A DNA stretch of 51,676 nt, filler included, from Sphacelaria rigidula (GCA_964200075.2; 4 parts of 4 records of this genome joined end to end with filler, not necessarily neighbours in it), one strand, 5' to 3'; positions 13,300 through 26,771 are shown, numbered from the whole stretch's first letter. The notes: generated by a model not told the origin, from the letters alone. A program made the numbers and translations.

Positions 13300-14444
13300 A
13301 TGTAAACTTCATATCCGCCTCTAGGCTGGCCCAGCTCGTACATCAAAAAATGATTTTGCTTGTCATGGTGACATCAGATGAATTTCCGAAACATCGTATG
13401 CCTCGACCCTCCACACCTCAGCCACGGAGTACAGGGAATGACGACCGCCGACACAGGGATTGCGCTTTGAACATGCCCAGTGACGTAGAGTGGAACATGA
13501 TGCAAGAGATGAATAGCCAAATGTCTAGATTTTGAACACATTGTGAGAGTATCATTCGCTATATGTATTGCCTACAACAATTGTGTCCAATAGTCTCGAA
13601 AAGATAAGCTGTCCGGGTGACTAACGGATGACAGCAACAAATGTAATCTTGATCTTCACGGGATTGTAGGTTCGACACGTGGACTCATTTTGGCTGGTAC
13701 GACTCTGCACATGAAATGAACACCGAGACAGCTGTAGCCCAATAAATATGAAAATTCCAACAAATGCATCATATACTATAGCACGTGAGGTACGGCATAC
13801 TCTACAGGTCACGGTGTGCTCAGATACTCAATTCTTTTCGATTTCTGAATCATGATCCGCGACAAAGGCTGCTCTAAAACGGAGCTTCTGGGCATGAGAA
13901 CAGGTGAACGAAACGCGTTCATCGACACAAAAACAAGAGTCCCAGCACTCGACACATGCAACGACAACTACAATTAACGCACAGCCAAGCACAAGCTCGG
14001 GGATTCGGGGGGACTTCAAGAACTTCACGACAAAAAAAGCGGGTACGATAAATGCTCCTTGCTTCACACAGCTCGTGGTAATACTTCCAATGACATTGAG
14101 ATCGACGTGGCGAGTCACACGTAACAAACCTTACACCTTTCAATGCCCACAGATGGGTATCCATGGCTGGCGGTCATCTGTATGAGTGAGCATGATGCCG
14201 ACTCAACATGTGAGCACCCTGGACCTTGAGAGCGGTCACAAGGACTAACTACGTCACGCCAAAACAAGACATGGACAAATGCGGAGCGTCGACAACATCG
14301 AGGCCGAACAATCATAACAACACAACACCGTGCCAAAAACAGTGCTGTTGACAGTGTAGAGCAGTGTTTCCGCAAGTACCGAACCGCTTGCATCATGTTA
14401 CACAAGGCACGGAAAAAACGTGCACGCGCTCTGTATAAAATCAC

Positions 14445-14772
14445 CTCTCGGATTTTCGGACCGCTGGGCACAAACTCGAACGACTTCTTGTCCCTGTGGG
14501 ATGGAGGCGTTTCTTGCTCCGTCACGATCGGGGGTCTTCCGCCCCATGACCCTCCCGTCGCTCCCGACCTATCGCCTCCACGCCCGCTGCTGCCGACGCC
14601 GCCCTAAAAATTGAAAGAAAAGAGAAGGAAAAATGAACACCTACCGTGAAAACACTTTCGTATGACCTGACGTTTTTTCTTAGTTCCTTCTCTTTCCTGT
14701 TCCTCCGTATTTCCTCCTTTGTCGAGCTTCCTTCAGCGACTGTTTCCGACCACTTTCCTTGACCGGATCCAT
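14445..14772 (-). CDS. Candidate exons of an unidentified gene (or a 3' extension of the kinase transcript)
   Basis: Strong polypyrimidine/AG acceptor before 14603 and GAG|GTGATT donor after 14445 give an open 53-codon exon (GGVGSSGRGG...FEFVPSGPKIRE). A second candidate exon lies at 14667-14772. The frame linkage is ambiguous. Confidence 0.3.
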
Positions 14773-15993
14773 CTTGCAAACATGACAATATTGAATGTAC
14801 AACACATGAATGAATCAATACGAGGGTTCGCACACACACATATACACCAATGAGTTGTCCCCGGCTAATGGTAACATTAATCCTTTTGGGAACGGAGTCC
14901 CACAAACATGGGGTTTGCACGCAGGGGCCTTTCCGTGAATCGGCGTCATTTTCGGACGTTTTGAAAAGTAAAAAATATCCTGGTTGACAAAAAGGCTCCT
15001 GCGGGAAAACCCCATTTCAATGGGAGTCTGGTCCCCGCAGGACTAACGTTGACGGCATTCGTCCTGTTTGCCAATATTCGTTTTATTGCGACAAATTGAT
15101 CAAACTACGCGAGGGAAGAAAACCAACGTTGCTCTTGCCAAATCGTTGACTATCGAGTGATTCTGTTGTAGTAGCCGAAACGTGCTCCAATTCCACCTCC
15201 CCCCTACAGTATCGCATTAGCTTTTTTTTTGTCAGACTCACGGTCGACGACAGTGGACGATTCCTGGGCGTATAAAACTGTGAAAAAATGTCGACCGGAT
15301 CATGCCTTCAGCGTGTGCTGTACTCACCTGTTGCATTGGAAGTGCAGCGTAACCCTTGGACTGCGAGGGTAGTCCATCTGGACCATACATGATTTTTCAA
15401 GTGAAATTGATGCTGATTCAACAGATGATCTCTTTCGCGGTCTAAGGGTTAAATACTAATTTCTGCGTACCTATCCGAGAAAATGCGAGTATCAACAACC
15501 ACAGAAAGGCGGGTCAGCTTTTTAGTATAAGCAGAAAATACATACTCTCCGCATGTAGCTTCACTTGAGAGTTTTCCCGTGCTTCTTTTGTACAGGGTAG
15601 CCAACTGTTTTCCTTATTTTTTTTCTGCACAAACGTATGTCGTCGAGAGAAGCCCGTGTCTCTACTTACAGATTATTTTCGTTCGACAAATAGAAGGGAA
15701 CGGGAAGACCAAAAATATCTTCAACATTGTCGATATATCACATGGAGAATCGCAAAGTAAATACAAAGATTGAAAAACAACGATTTCCGCCAAAAGAGAT
15801 CACTTTTGAATCGTGCACAATTTCTTGCGGGCTATCGTACGTTGCTGTAGCTGTACATCGCCATCCGTAACGGGATTACTACTCTCGCAGAGTTGACTGT
15901 ACTACTGCCGGTCCTTCTGTTTTCCTCCATGCTGAAGCCGAAAGGAAAGACGCGAAATACCCTTGACTAGGTCCTAGGGCGAGTCCAACCTCC

Positions 15994-18900
15994 TTACGAC
16001 GTTTGCAATGCTGCAGAAACGACCAGAATCTGAAGTTCCAAAGTGGTGACAGCAAGCAAGGCATCGTATTCTCTTATCAAGTTTGCCAGAAAAACCCGCC
16101 TAGACTTGCGTACACCAGCAACCGAAAGTTGAGACCCGTGATAGAAGAGACGGCAACTTCCTCACTCCAGTCAACCAATGTGACGCCAACCCCCTATAGG
16201 CAAACCTCACTTTGCAGCATCGGACATACGCGCGAAAAAAACAACATATATGTGGTTCAAGAAGTTCCAGGTTGGACAAGCAAGAGGTAGGTAGGGGACC
16301 CCAACAAACACGTCAACACACCATTCCAGGCAGCGCTCGTTAACGGACAGGAGCTGCTCAGCTATGGCGCCGAGTTAACGATAGTGAAGGCCAAGGGGTG
16401 GGTGTTCCGGAAGGAAGCCTGACACCCGATCGGTAAAAAAACAATAACTTTCTCATCTTCATTTTGGTAATATTTGAGTTAATTGGCTTTGTTCATGTAA
16501 CTAGGCTGGAGTCTCTGAAATAATCATGGAGTATCTTATGCCTTGTAAGGAATAGCAGGGACGGTATTGGAAAGACTGTCTGTGACCACGGTTTCGAGAG
16601 ATTGGACTAATGTGCGGAAATAATAATAAATAAATAAAATAATCAATTCTCGTGTTTTTTGCGTGGTGACGCACATGTCCTTCCAGGTAGGTCACAACCA
16701 CTTCGCCCCTGTACTCCTCACACGTCACTCGTCACCAGTACCGTAACTGGTGAGGATATATCAATACCTCTGGTTGTTGGGCCCCTCGAGAATCGAAAGC
16801 ACCCGCTGCGGCACCGACATCACCAGTCGTAGCCTCCGCCGACGCAGCCAAAACTGCTGGAGACACCGAAAACGCCATGTTCTCCGGCAAGCTTGACAGT
16901 CCTTGCATGCCGGCGGGCAAGCCTCGCGCTTTGGGTGGAGTCGCGTGGAGGGATGGGGACGGCTTCGGCTTTTCCGCTAGGTCTCCAAGCCATGGATGAC
17001 GCAACGCCTTGGTTGCCATCATCATCCAGGGTTGGCGGTGATTTGTGGCATCGAAGCGGGTCGGCGAGGGGGTGGGGGGGTGGGGGTGGGGGCGGTTATG
17101 GTACAGCGAGTGATGCACGAGGAATGGATGAAGCAAAAAGACGTGCTCACTTATAGCATATGATGCCTTGCTCATGTCAAGTGGTCTGGTGTGTAACTTT
17201 CACGCGTAAAAGGCGTGCTGTGCGGGTCACATATTCCATGGCTTATGCATCTAATCATATCACAGCCTGTCAAACCGAGGCTTCCCACCAAATGCTTTAC
17301 AATGCGCGCATACCATAAAATTGCTTTCTTTGAGTAACCCTGTTTGTCTAACCTTGTGAACGGCATGGCGTGTACACGGCCCGGCCTACAACGAACAACC
17401 ATACAACACCTTGCCCCTGGGTGAATGTCTTCACCGCTGTGGACCTTCGGTGTATAACGATCGTACAACTACTGACACTGGTTGAAGTTTGAGGGTTCCT
17501 TGTACCTCTCCAACTTCATCGTTTACTAGGGTTGGGTATCGGCACAGATACAATTCAACAGAGTCCGTTGACAACAACTGCACTGCAAACAGTATCGAAT
17601 CCATTGTCTCTAGCAACAAGCAAAATATTCGATACTGAGCGCAACAACACACTTGATGGCATTGTGTAGTGTCCAAGCTGTGATGCACTTGATACCATCT
17701 GTCGACATATATCGGGTCGAACATCGAAAAATCGGACTGATTGATTTGAGGATCGTGGAGGGTGTTACAGAGTAGGAATGCACAACAAAAAGGGGGAAAA
17801 GGGGGTCATTGACAGTCCCATGCTTTCACACCTTGGACAAAAGATTATATTGCCAAATAATATACTGTGTACAGTATCGACTATTGCGTCTATCGCATTA
17901 GACAATGGATCCCATACTGTACGAAGTACATTTTTTGACGATCTTTCGTCCAGGGTGTGCATGCTTCACACCACCATACAGCATAGATACACAGATGCGT
18001 TCCCCGTACAGCTCCAGACCGCAAGGGCGCACGCCTGTAGCTCTAAAGGAGCTGTGACGTTGACGAGGGTGTGCACAAAGATTCGGCCCGCGCCCGCGAT
18101 GGATCTCCGTAAACCAACATAGACATGGAGATGACGACAGTCAAGTCAGCGGCTGATCGCTCTCTGTGCTCGCCGATATATCTTTTACAGCTTTCTTTGC
18201 TACCGATGCACAACCCTTTGGCTTACCTTATGTCGGCACAGGAAAACACTAACACGTGTACAGTGAACACCACCTGGTGAAATTTCACATCCTGGCGACA
18301 AATTTCCGTCCATCTTGTGACCACATCACCAACTAGAGTACTGCATCCGAGTGCTTTCTATGCCACCCTCCTGAATAAAACGCGCGCGTGATGAACCAAC
18401 TTCAACACAAACGTTCATCACCCAATGGTACCTTGTCCAGCCTCAAAATCGTACTGTACCTTTCCTAGTCTATAATTTCTTGGACCACCGCACCTTATCT
18501 ATGGTTAGCCTGGCGCCGGGATCGAATGCCATGAGATCCCGTACGAGCTCCTTTACTTGGGGAGACACCTTTTCCCACAGTGGCCCTTGCATCCTCACGT
18601 ATTTTCGTACACCCTGCGAAGGCATGACAGTAAAACACTGAGAGTCAAGGCGACAATATCGCAATATTCATCATGGACATACGTCCTGAGAAATTGTCCT
18701 CGGCAAAAAAACGGATCGTCTACAAATTGACAGTATCCAAGGAGTGACGCGTTATCATCATCCAGGGAGTGTAGTCTCGGACGGTGAAGATTCTGGGATC
18801 GTACTTTACTGCTGCAAGAACACTTCGGACACGAGAATCAGTCGACACGTACGCATCGATCGACACACATGGACTCGACCAATACATACGCCATATGTCA

Positions 18901-21372
18901 TGATCCGTCATCGGTCGGATACGAGGGAAACCGGCCGGGATATTGTTCCATCATGTGACCACGGCTGGATCCCAAGGGGGTCAGTTGAAGTGCGACAATC
19001 AATCAATCAAATAATCAATACATAAACGCCTCCACAGATGGAAGAAACAAATAAACGAAAGGACAGAGATAAAAGAAGTTCTGTTCACACTCAAAGCCCC
19101 GATTACAACAAACGAAAAAGGCCGCAACGAGACGCGAACGGCACAAGAAAAAAAGAAAAAGAAAAGTCCCAAGGGTCAGACGAATGACTACTGCTTCGAG
19201 TCACCAAATCTACGGTTTCTGAGGCCTGATTGCTCAAAAGAGAGAAAGGAGTTGGCCGCGGAATATTTTCTTGACCGCTCTTCCATATGCCTGTGGTGCG
19301 CGTACCCGGCGTTCCACGCTGAAATCCAAGCCAAAAGGGTTGATTCGTGCTGTACGAATCAAATGCACCAACAGCACGTCATTTTCAGACAAATCACTAT
19401 TCGTCCGACTTGAGAAAAAATCACTTGAACATGATGCGACAGATCGAATAATTGATCGATTGTCTCCCGTTGGCTGATCCGCTTTTCATCAAACACAGTG
19501 AAACAACAACCGTATCACGCGACAAACCACACCACAACATACCTGCACTTGAAACTCCGGAAATCGCGCCACCAACATCACGTACAGCATCGCCCCCAGG
19601 CTCCAGCAGTCCACGGGCGTACCGTATGGCTTCCCCCGGCCCCCCGGTCTCTCCTCCACCTCCGGCGCGAGATACGAAGGCGTTCCCACGAAGGTACGCG
19701 CCATGGAGCCTCCTCCATCGGCATCGATGGCTTTAGACAGACCAAAGTCCAGAAGTTTTGCCTGCGGCATGCACAAAACAGGCACGACAGGAGGTACATG
19801 TGCGAAGCGGTTCCCTGTTGTGTGGTATAGAAAAGGTACGCGCTCTTGGCAAGTGGGTGTGATATAACAGAGGTACACGCTATCTTGAGAGCCCGACTCA
19901 CCTCAAGCACATCCTATAAATAATAGTTGTGAATGACTGCGTAGGAGAGGCATATGCTATGTTGTCATGCTAGGGCATGGAGAGGATTGGCGATGCAGCG
20001 GGCGTACTGTTTGGGGGTTGGTGCATGCACTTCATCACTGGTCTATTGAGGGTACAGTACTGCATGCGAGTAGGTATTGCGTACAAATTACAGACTAGGT
20101 CATCCGATGCAATTGGACTAGCACGACGACTGCTAGTACCCACCCCTGCAAGGTGGATATTTCTGGAGGGAGGAGGCTCCTACTTTCGGATACGCTAAGA
20201 CAGGGGCCCTATCGAATGAAGAGGGTACATGTGGCTTCGCGTCTCTGCTTGTCATCAGCACACCAGAGTAAATACGAAGATGTACCACTTCTCACGAAAA
20301 CATGCGACAGCTTCCAGATTGCGGATAGCGCCTTGATTCAGTGTCAACCCCGAAAACTATTTGTAAGTTGGTACTGCCTTCACCTCCGGATAGAGGGATC
20401 CATCTGAGGATGCCCGGTCGATGATCATGACGTTCTCTGGCTTCACGTCCCGGTGCACGATCTGCATCGAGTGCATATACTGTAACGCCCTCGCCACCTG
20501 GAAGGAAAGGCGAAGCGCAACACCGTTTAGATGAGTGCGGCGGAGCAATCATTATTCGTGCGCTGCTGCTTCATCCCACGAGACGATTTTGCACCGAAAT
20601 GTAACTGTGTGAAAGTGGCCATAAATAGGGTAGGGTGTTCTGAGGACTTCATCAGCCATGAAGTTTCGGAATATCGGTCCAGGAAGTTTCGGAATACTGG
20701 GTACTGCAGATACCCCCAAACAAAGCTGGGGTACTCGGGGGGTTCCGGTGCCCTACCCTCTAGCGAGTGTTGACGTTTATTTACCTTGGGTACGTCCGTG
20801 TTGTAACAACGGCTGAGTTTCTAGCGCATCAATGAGCGTAAAATATGGACCGTCAATCAATCGATTGATGGATCGAATCAGCCCCAGCCCCTGTAATACT
20901 TCTAACGATATCTACCGCAACGAAGACCCGACCTTTCCCCCTGTCCTCCGTTTGTTTTGTATGTGCTGCTCTACATTAGACAATCTAAAACGAGGGCCAA
21001 CACTTCGCGTTTAACAAAGGTCGGTCTAATTCAGTGGCATATACAGCTACATCCTTCGTTGACGATACGGTTTTGTTTTGACAGCACAGTACCTGCACGA
21101 AAACAGGTCGCGCCTCCTCCTCACTGAAGCTGTTTTTGGACAAGATGGCGTCGAACAGCTCCACGCCCGGGGCATATTCCAGCACCAGCACCAACTGCTC
21201 CATCGATGCATACAGAAAAACACAGCATCCAAGAAGCCCATTTGCAGCGGTATGTTCAATCAAGAGGGGTTCTTTGCATGGGAAGACAGATAAGACATAA
21301 CCCTGAGTTATTCGGTTATAAAGAAAAGCACCTCATGTGCTCTACCATTAATTGTTTCACATGTACGTGTGT

Positions 21373-21408
<36 letters not shown>

Positions 21409-23728
21409 CGCCGCGTGCTACTGTGCATATCTTGCTGCATTTTACCCTCCCCAATTTCATTTCAACATCGAATTAGACGATATATACACTGTCACCTGCT
21501 CCGCCGAATCCAACGCTTCCACCAGGCGGATGATATTGGGATGGCGCAATCTCCGCATGATGTCCACCTCTCGCATCAACCTAGATGGTCACGTACCGCA
21601 TATTGAGCAAACCCGAAGCACACGCGACGAATCCATCAGTTGTCTTTACGTGATGCATCCACAGTTAGGACAAATCATCCACGTGTCTGGGCTGCGTGTA
21701 CCTGGGTTGCAACGCTGAAATAAAGCCTAGGGGTTGATTCGTCACGAGTCAACTCATAATACTAAACCCAAGTAATTTCCAGACGAATGATTATTTGTCC
21801 GACCCTTGGAACCATCGCACGGCTGTCTTGCCATGTAACGACATGAGTGCGCAAACCGATTTCCATCCGTCCCGTCTACCGCAGTTACGCGGTGGATTTC
21901 AGTGGAACAAGCACGTATGTGAAAAAATTATCATTTCAAAGACACTTGTGGGAATTTGTCGCTTCTACGTAGTCGTTCCCACATCACCCCCCCCTTTCAT
22001 AAACCTCTTGGAGATTTTGTAGGAATACCCTTTTACGCCTGCTAACGGTTGGAATCTTGCACATCAACTCACATATCTTGTACGTGTGTTAAGTCATTCA
22101 ACCAACAATCGCCGCAGGAGATTTTCCGTGAGTTTTGAATTCTGCTTCAGAGGGTACCCACCATATTTTTATGGCTAATACCATTTTGGTGGGATCCGAG
22201 ATTTGAACACGGGACCTTCTGTTCGTGAAGCGTACGAGCTAGCTGGTGGTGTCGCCAGTGTGAACAGGTGATTCCTTGACAGAAACTTGTGCGAATCTGT
22301 CCCCTTTATGCGGCGGTTCCCACACGTGGACAGGTAGGCTGGTTATTTTACAATTAAACAAGGACGAGGCCGCAAAGAAAATTCAACTGCCGTCATCTAC
22401 CAACCACTACCAAGAGAAAAACACTGACGCAATCCTCTTGAATACCGGACAGCAACAACAGCAGCAGCAGCAGCAGCAGCAAAAACAATGAAAACTCCAC
22501 CCCCGTAGCAAACGGCAGTTACACTGGACTTGATCTATTTGATCATTTGGTGCGAGAAAAAAAGTCGATGATACAACAACAACGAACCCATATGCCGTGT
22601 GTGACGGTGAGCAAAAACCATCGACCTTGATGTTCAATATTTGAAAAAAAAAAACGCGGTCTCGCGCCGCCAACCGATCCCATTTGCCATTTACCCAAAG
22701 GTCCCACAACATTCGGGGGGGGGGGGTATGGATACATGTTTGTGTGGGAAACTCTAGGTTAAAAAATCTCATCACTCGAGGGGTGACGTTCACGGTCAAC
22801 TTTGAACTACAGTAGGTGCCCTGCCCATCAGCCCTTGAACAAATCAACAACCGAAGATGAGGGAGGGAGTGAAATTATGAAACAAAACAAGCTTCCGACG
22901 CGCCTCTGCATGCTAAACCTCTCCCGCAGCTTGAAGGGCCGAAGGTCGATGATCTTCGCCGCGTAGGTGACACCTCGCAACGGCTCATCGCCAGGGTTAC
23001 CCCCTGGTAAGCCTCCTGCTTGCCCGGGCGCCAATCGGCACTTCCACACTGTTCCCGACGCTCCGGATCCCAGTTGCTCCAACAGCTCATATCGCCTGTC
23101 GAGTATAAATCCACACCAGGCGCCAAAATTGAACCAACAGTGATCTGTTCAGTAGCCGAATGACGGTCGCACATTAACTATCCGCTATGAGTACAAACCC
23201 AGTCGCGGTCACAGGGGAGGGCGTAGCTATGGGACGTCAAACGGAAACCTTTGTCGAGATATACCAAGTTCAATATGTCGCAATATCGATGGAATACTTG
23301 ATTTCGATCGAGTACTTTTCCCTACAATCCATACATGAATTGACTGCGAAAACTGGCCAGACGTGATATTTGATATCGAGATACGTTCATATGTCGATGT
23401 GAGCGGATGTCTCATGGGCATCCCTACCGTCGAAGGATGAGGTACGAACAGCGCGGTGGCCTTTACAGGTGCATTTGCCGGCACTTTAGCAGCATATCTC
23501 CCAAACACGGCACTTTAAAAATGTCCGAAATCTGGTGTATCTTGGAGTGCGGCACCTTGCCCGCAGTAAACTGAAAACTCGACTGATGTATACCAGCGCA
23601 AACGCTCACGTGGAGAAGTCCCCGCTGTCCTGTCCGGTGTGCATGCGGTGCTTCTTGGATTCGATTCCAGATACGCTCTCCTCTCCTACATGTCTACGCT
23701 CACCCGCCCGCTCCGCCACGACGTCCAT
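15994..23728 (-). CDS. CAMK-group Ser/Thr protein kinase (CHK2/CaMK-like catalytic domain), about 408 aa, 9 exons
   Basis: Exons 23610-23728, 22904-23095, 21496-21580, 21093-21194, 20384-20497, 19543-19761, 18494-18613, 16768-17007, 15994-16029. All kinase motifs are in order: [84 protein letters not shown]. The first and last exons are less certain. Confidence 0.9.
21372..21408. repeat. (TA)n microsatellite in a kinase intron
   Basis: Directly visible. Confidence 0.95.
22190..22260 (-). repeat. tRNA-derived SINE-like head in a kinase intron
   Basis: Minus strand GGTCCCGTGTTCAAATCTCGGATCCC contains a B-box/T-arm-like motif. No full cloverleaf is evident. Confidence 0.3.
22450..22482. repeat. 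(CAG/CAA)n microsatellite in a kinase intron
   Basis: Directly visible. It is intronic and on the non-coding strand, so it is not a poly-Q tract. Confidence 0.9.
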
Positions 23729-23869
23729 TTCGTAAGGTGCTAGATATTTAAATATCAAATAGCGTTCGAATTCGTCAGAAAGACGCTAAGCTAACCTCGG
23801 GATCAAGTCTTCTGAGGTGGCAGCATAGAGCCGAGTGAAGACAAGCAGAAGAGAGGGGGTGGCAGTGGC

Positions 23870-24330
23870 GGTGGAGGGGTGTACTCATGATCTTGCATGT
23901 CATAGCCATATGACCATCGACCTCGCATCCCTACATAGCCGAGACGAAGCACGCCATCAATCACCAAGTGATAAGTACCGTAGTGTGTTCGTCGAGTCGC
24001 ATGAAGGGTGAGCTGCATCCTGCTGAGATTGTTACGCCCGGAGCGTACTAATTATTTTGCATTTGGATGACAGCCTTCCATGAGTTGCTTCATTTTCTGG
24101 TATCGCAACCTCCTGAGACAGACACGGCTCATACACTGTCTCATGGGTGTCTCACCAGGTCGGGGTGGGGAAGGGGAGGGGGGTGTACTCGTGGTCATGC
24201 ATGTCATAGTCATAAGACCCGTTGACCTCGCACCCCTACAAAGCCGGGACGGGGCACGCCGGGTTTTCGCCGAACTAGTGGAGGGGGGGGGGGGGGGGGG
24301 GACTCTTTTTTTGGTTGCCTTTGGGTTTTG
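23870..24330 (-). repeat. Poly-C-associated interspersed repeat with ~85-bp direct repeats 305 bp apart
   Basis: 24175-24260 and 23870-23955 are direct repeats. 23981-24155 (minus) matches 51500-51676 (plus). The motif GGTCTTATGACTATG..ATGCA...GAGTACACCCCC recurs at 25905-25960. Confidence 0.7.
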
Positions 24331-25089
24331 CACGGTGAAAAACGACTGTTTTTTCCAAGGGCCAATGTTTCCNNNNNNNNNNCAGCAAAGGCGGGGGGGG
24401 GGCCGGGGGGGGGGCGGCGGGGGGGGGGGGGGGGGGGGGGGGGGGCGTACTCATTTGTTGCTTGCCTTAGTCGTTCGACCATTGACAACGCATCGCTTTC
24501 GACACGGAGCACTGTTTCCACTCCTAATCGATACACCTCCAGCATTTAGGTGCTCACCACGTTTTTTCCATAAATTACAGGCTGGGCCGCCAAAGAAGCG
24601 GACTTTCCTCCAGCCGGTTCTAACTGACGATCTATCGCGAGTTGTGCCTACTACAATACATAGTGGTAATCTGCATATCAACGTGCGTCTTTCACTTCAC
24701 GTAGGACTGCGATCTAACAAGTTCCCATCAAGCGAAATACCAATCTGCAGTCAGCTGCGAAGTGTAGAGAGTTGAGGGTGGCATGTGCGGCGGAATAAGG
24801 GGGGGAAAACGGCTGAAATCGCATCTACGGTTACAGCCAGGTGTGCCGCGGCCGCGAAGTGATGGTGCTGCACTAGTTGTGATCGTACAACAAAGCATCT
24901 CGTACTGTAGGCGCGCAGTGTCTGAGGTGGCACGCAGACGAGACCTTCAGCGCGCCAAGGCGTCTCGCTTGTAGAAAACGTCGAAGTCCCGGCTGAGGTT
25001 ATTGTACTCTAAAAAAAAGCGACCCGGTTCTCGACAGAAAAACGCGATTTCACTGCTCAATTTGATTTTTTTCCCATGAAATTTTGCTC

Positions 25090-25376
25090 ACGTCGGACGA
25101 GTCATCACTCGTCGAGACGAGTGCACTCGTGGATGTTTTTCGAAAACACAACGAGCGATGACTCGTGCGCTCGAGTCATTACTTTTTTCACAACGAGCAA
25201 TGACTCGTGTGCTCAAGCCATCGCCTTTTTGCACAACGAGCGATGACTCGAGTGCTCGCCCTGTTTATTTTTTGAATAACAAGCGATGACTCGAGTGCTC
25301 GCCCTATTCATTTTTTGCACAACGAGCAATGACTCGAGTGCGAGTGCCACGAGTGACACTCGTGCTCGTCCGACGT
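25090..25376. repeat. TIR-bounded element containing a 42-43-bp tandem array (5 units)
   Basis: ACGTCGGACGAG ... CTCGTCCGACGT inverted ends. Units CAACGAGC(G/A)ATGACTCG(T/A)G(C/T)GCTC plus a T-rich tail start near 25149, 25191, 25234, 25277 and 25320. Further units lie at ~25733-25789 (contig end). Confidence 0.8.
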
Positions 25377-25789
25377 ATGGAATATTTCGGTGATTACCTC
25401 ATTTCCACTTCGGCCATGTGCTGTGGATTATTCGACGATCTCACCGCCTGATATGTATGGAAATGTATTACACCCTAGACAAGAACTTTCTACAGTCAGT
25501 ACTCGTATACAATTTCAAAAGCATGTACTGTGCACAGTATGACTTCAAGACAGAGTAGAAATCTCCACGCGGTATGAATTGTTACAGCCGGCTTGCGCCC
25601 CATAGCGGCTGTGCTACCATACAGCTCCGCTCAAGATACAGGCAGGAATTATAGCGGAAGAGGCGACCTATTACTCTTGCGTGCGCCACCTAGGGCGAAT
25701 GCACACTTAGCTGCAACACCGACCGCTGTACAGCAATGACTCGAGTGCTCGCCCTATTCATTTGTTTCCACAACGAGGGATGACTCGAG

Positions 25790-25889
25790 NNNNNNNNNNN
25801 NNNNNNNNNNNNNNNNNNNNNNNNNNNNNNNNNTTAATTAATTAANNNNNNNNNNNNNNNNNNNNNNNNNNNNNNNNNNNNNNNNNNNN
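25790..25889. other. Artificial contig linker
   Basis: Same linker. Confidence 0.98.
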
Positions 25890-26771
25890 AGGGTTGCCAG
25901 GGCAATGGTCTTATGACTATGGCATGCAGTATCTTGAGTACACCCCCCCCCCTCCCCCCTTCGCTCAAAAACTCAATTTTTCGATATTGGGACCTATATA
26001 TAGTTTTGTTTCGCCGCCCCCTGATGATACAACCCATTCACTCCACACATAACATATCGTGAGTGTCAAGTCCACTCATTTTTCGTGTGTGGGAGGACCT
26101 ATCTATGTTACAGGCTGCTTCACGCCGATCAACCTGAAAACAGTACAGTAGAGCTGGGAAATGGTTCGTCTAACCTTTAACCAGTAAAATGGTTATGACA
26201 CTTCCCACGATACCCCCCGCCCAAAAGTGCATGGTTTTGGGAGGCAAAATCTTCACGTAAATCGAAATGGGAAAAGCCGNNNNNNNNNNCCGAGCACAAC
26301 GAGAAGCTGGGAATTCCCACACTTGGGTACGTTCTAGCCGATGTCGCCAATATGAGGCGCTTCAGGCAGCCTGAACCCGAATATCAGACGCTGTATGGCC
26401 ATTTTTTTCGTGACACTTGTAGCTGGTTTTGGGGGGGGGCTATCGTAGAAAGTGTCTTATGCGTAGCGCAATCATTAACCACTCAAACAGTTCATAATCG
26501 TTATGGTAATTGAGCGGCGCAGCCGCGAGCCAATGAGCCGCCCTCGGCAGAGGGGGGCCCGCCGTAGGCGCCCACGGAGGGCTCCGCTGGAGGCGCCGTG
26601 CCGGGGTCACGTCTTTACGCGATTTGGCTTCACTAGTCTTGGAGCTAAAAAATACGATAAATTTGGGCTTGTATAGCCGGTAACGGTAAATAATGGTTTC
26701 GAACCAGTATCCCAAAAAATGTCGCACACGCAGCAATTTCACGGCCGATCATCGAAATTGAGGATGGGGCA

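Noticed and set aside
22190..22260. Functional tRNA gene
   Set aside because: Only a T-arm/B-box-like part is recognisable; there is no complete cloverleaf.
25149..25345. CRISPR array
   Set aside because: The linkers are only ~19 nt and resemble each other, the array is bounded by TIRs, the context is eukaryotic and there are no cas genes.
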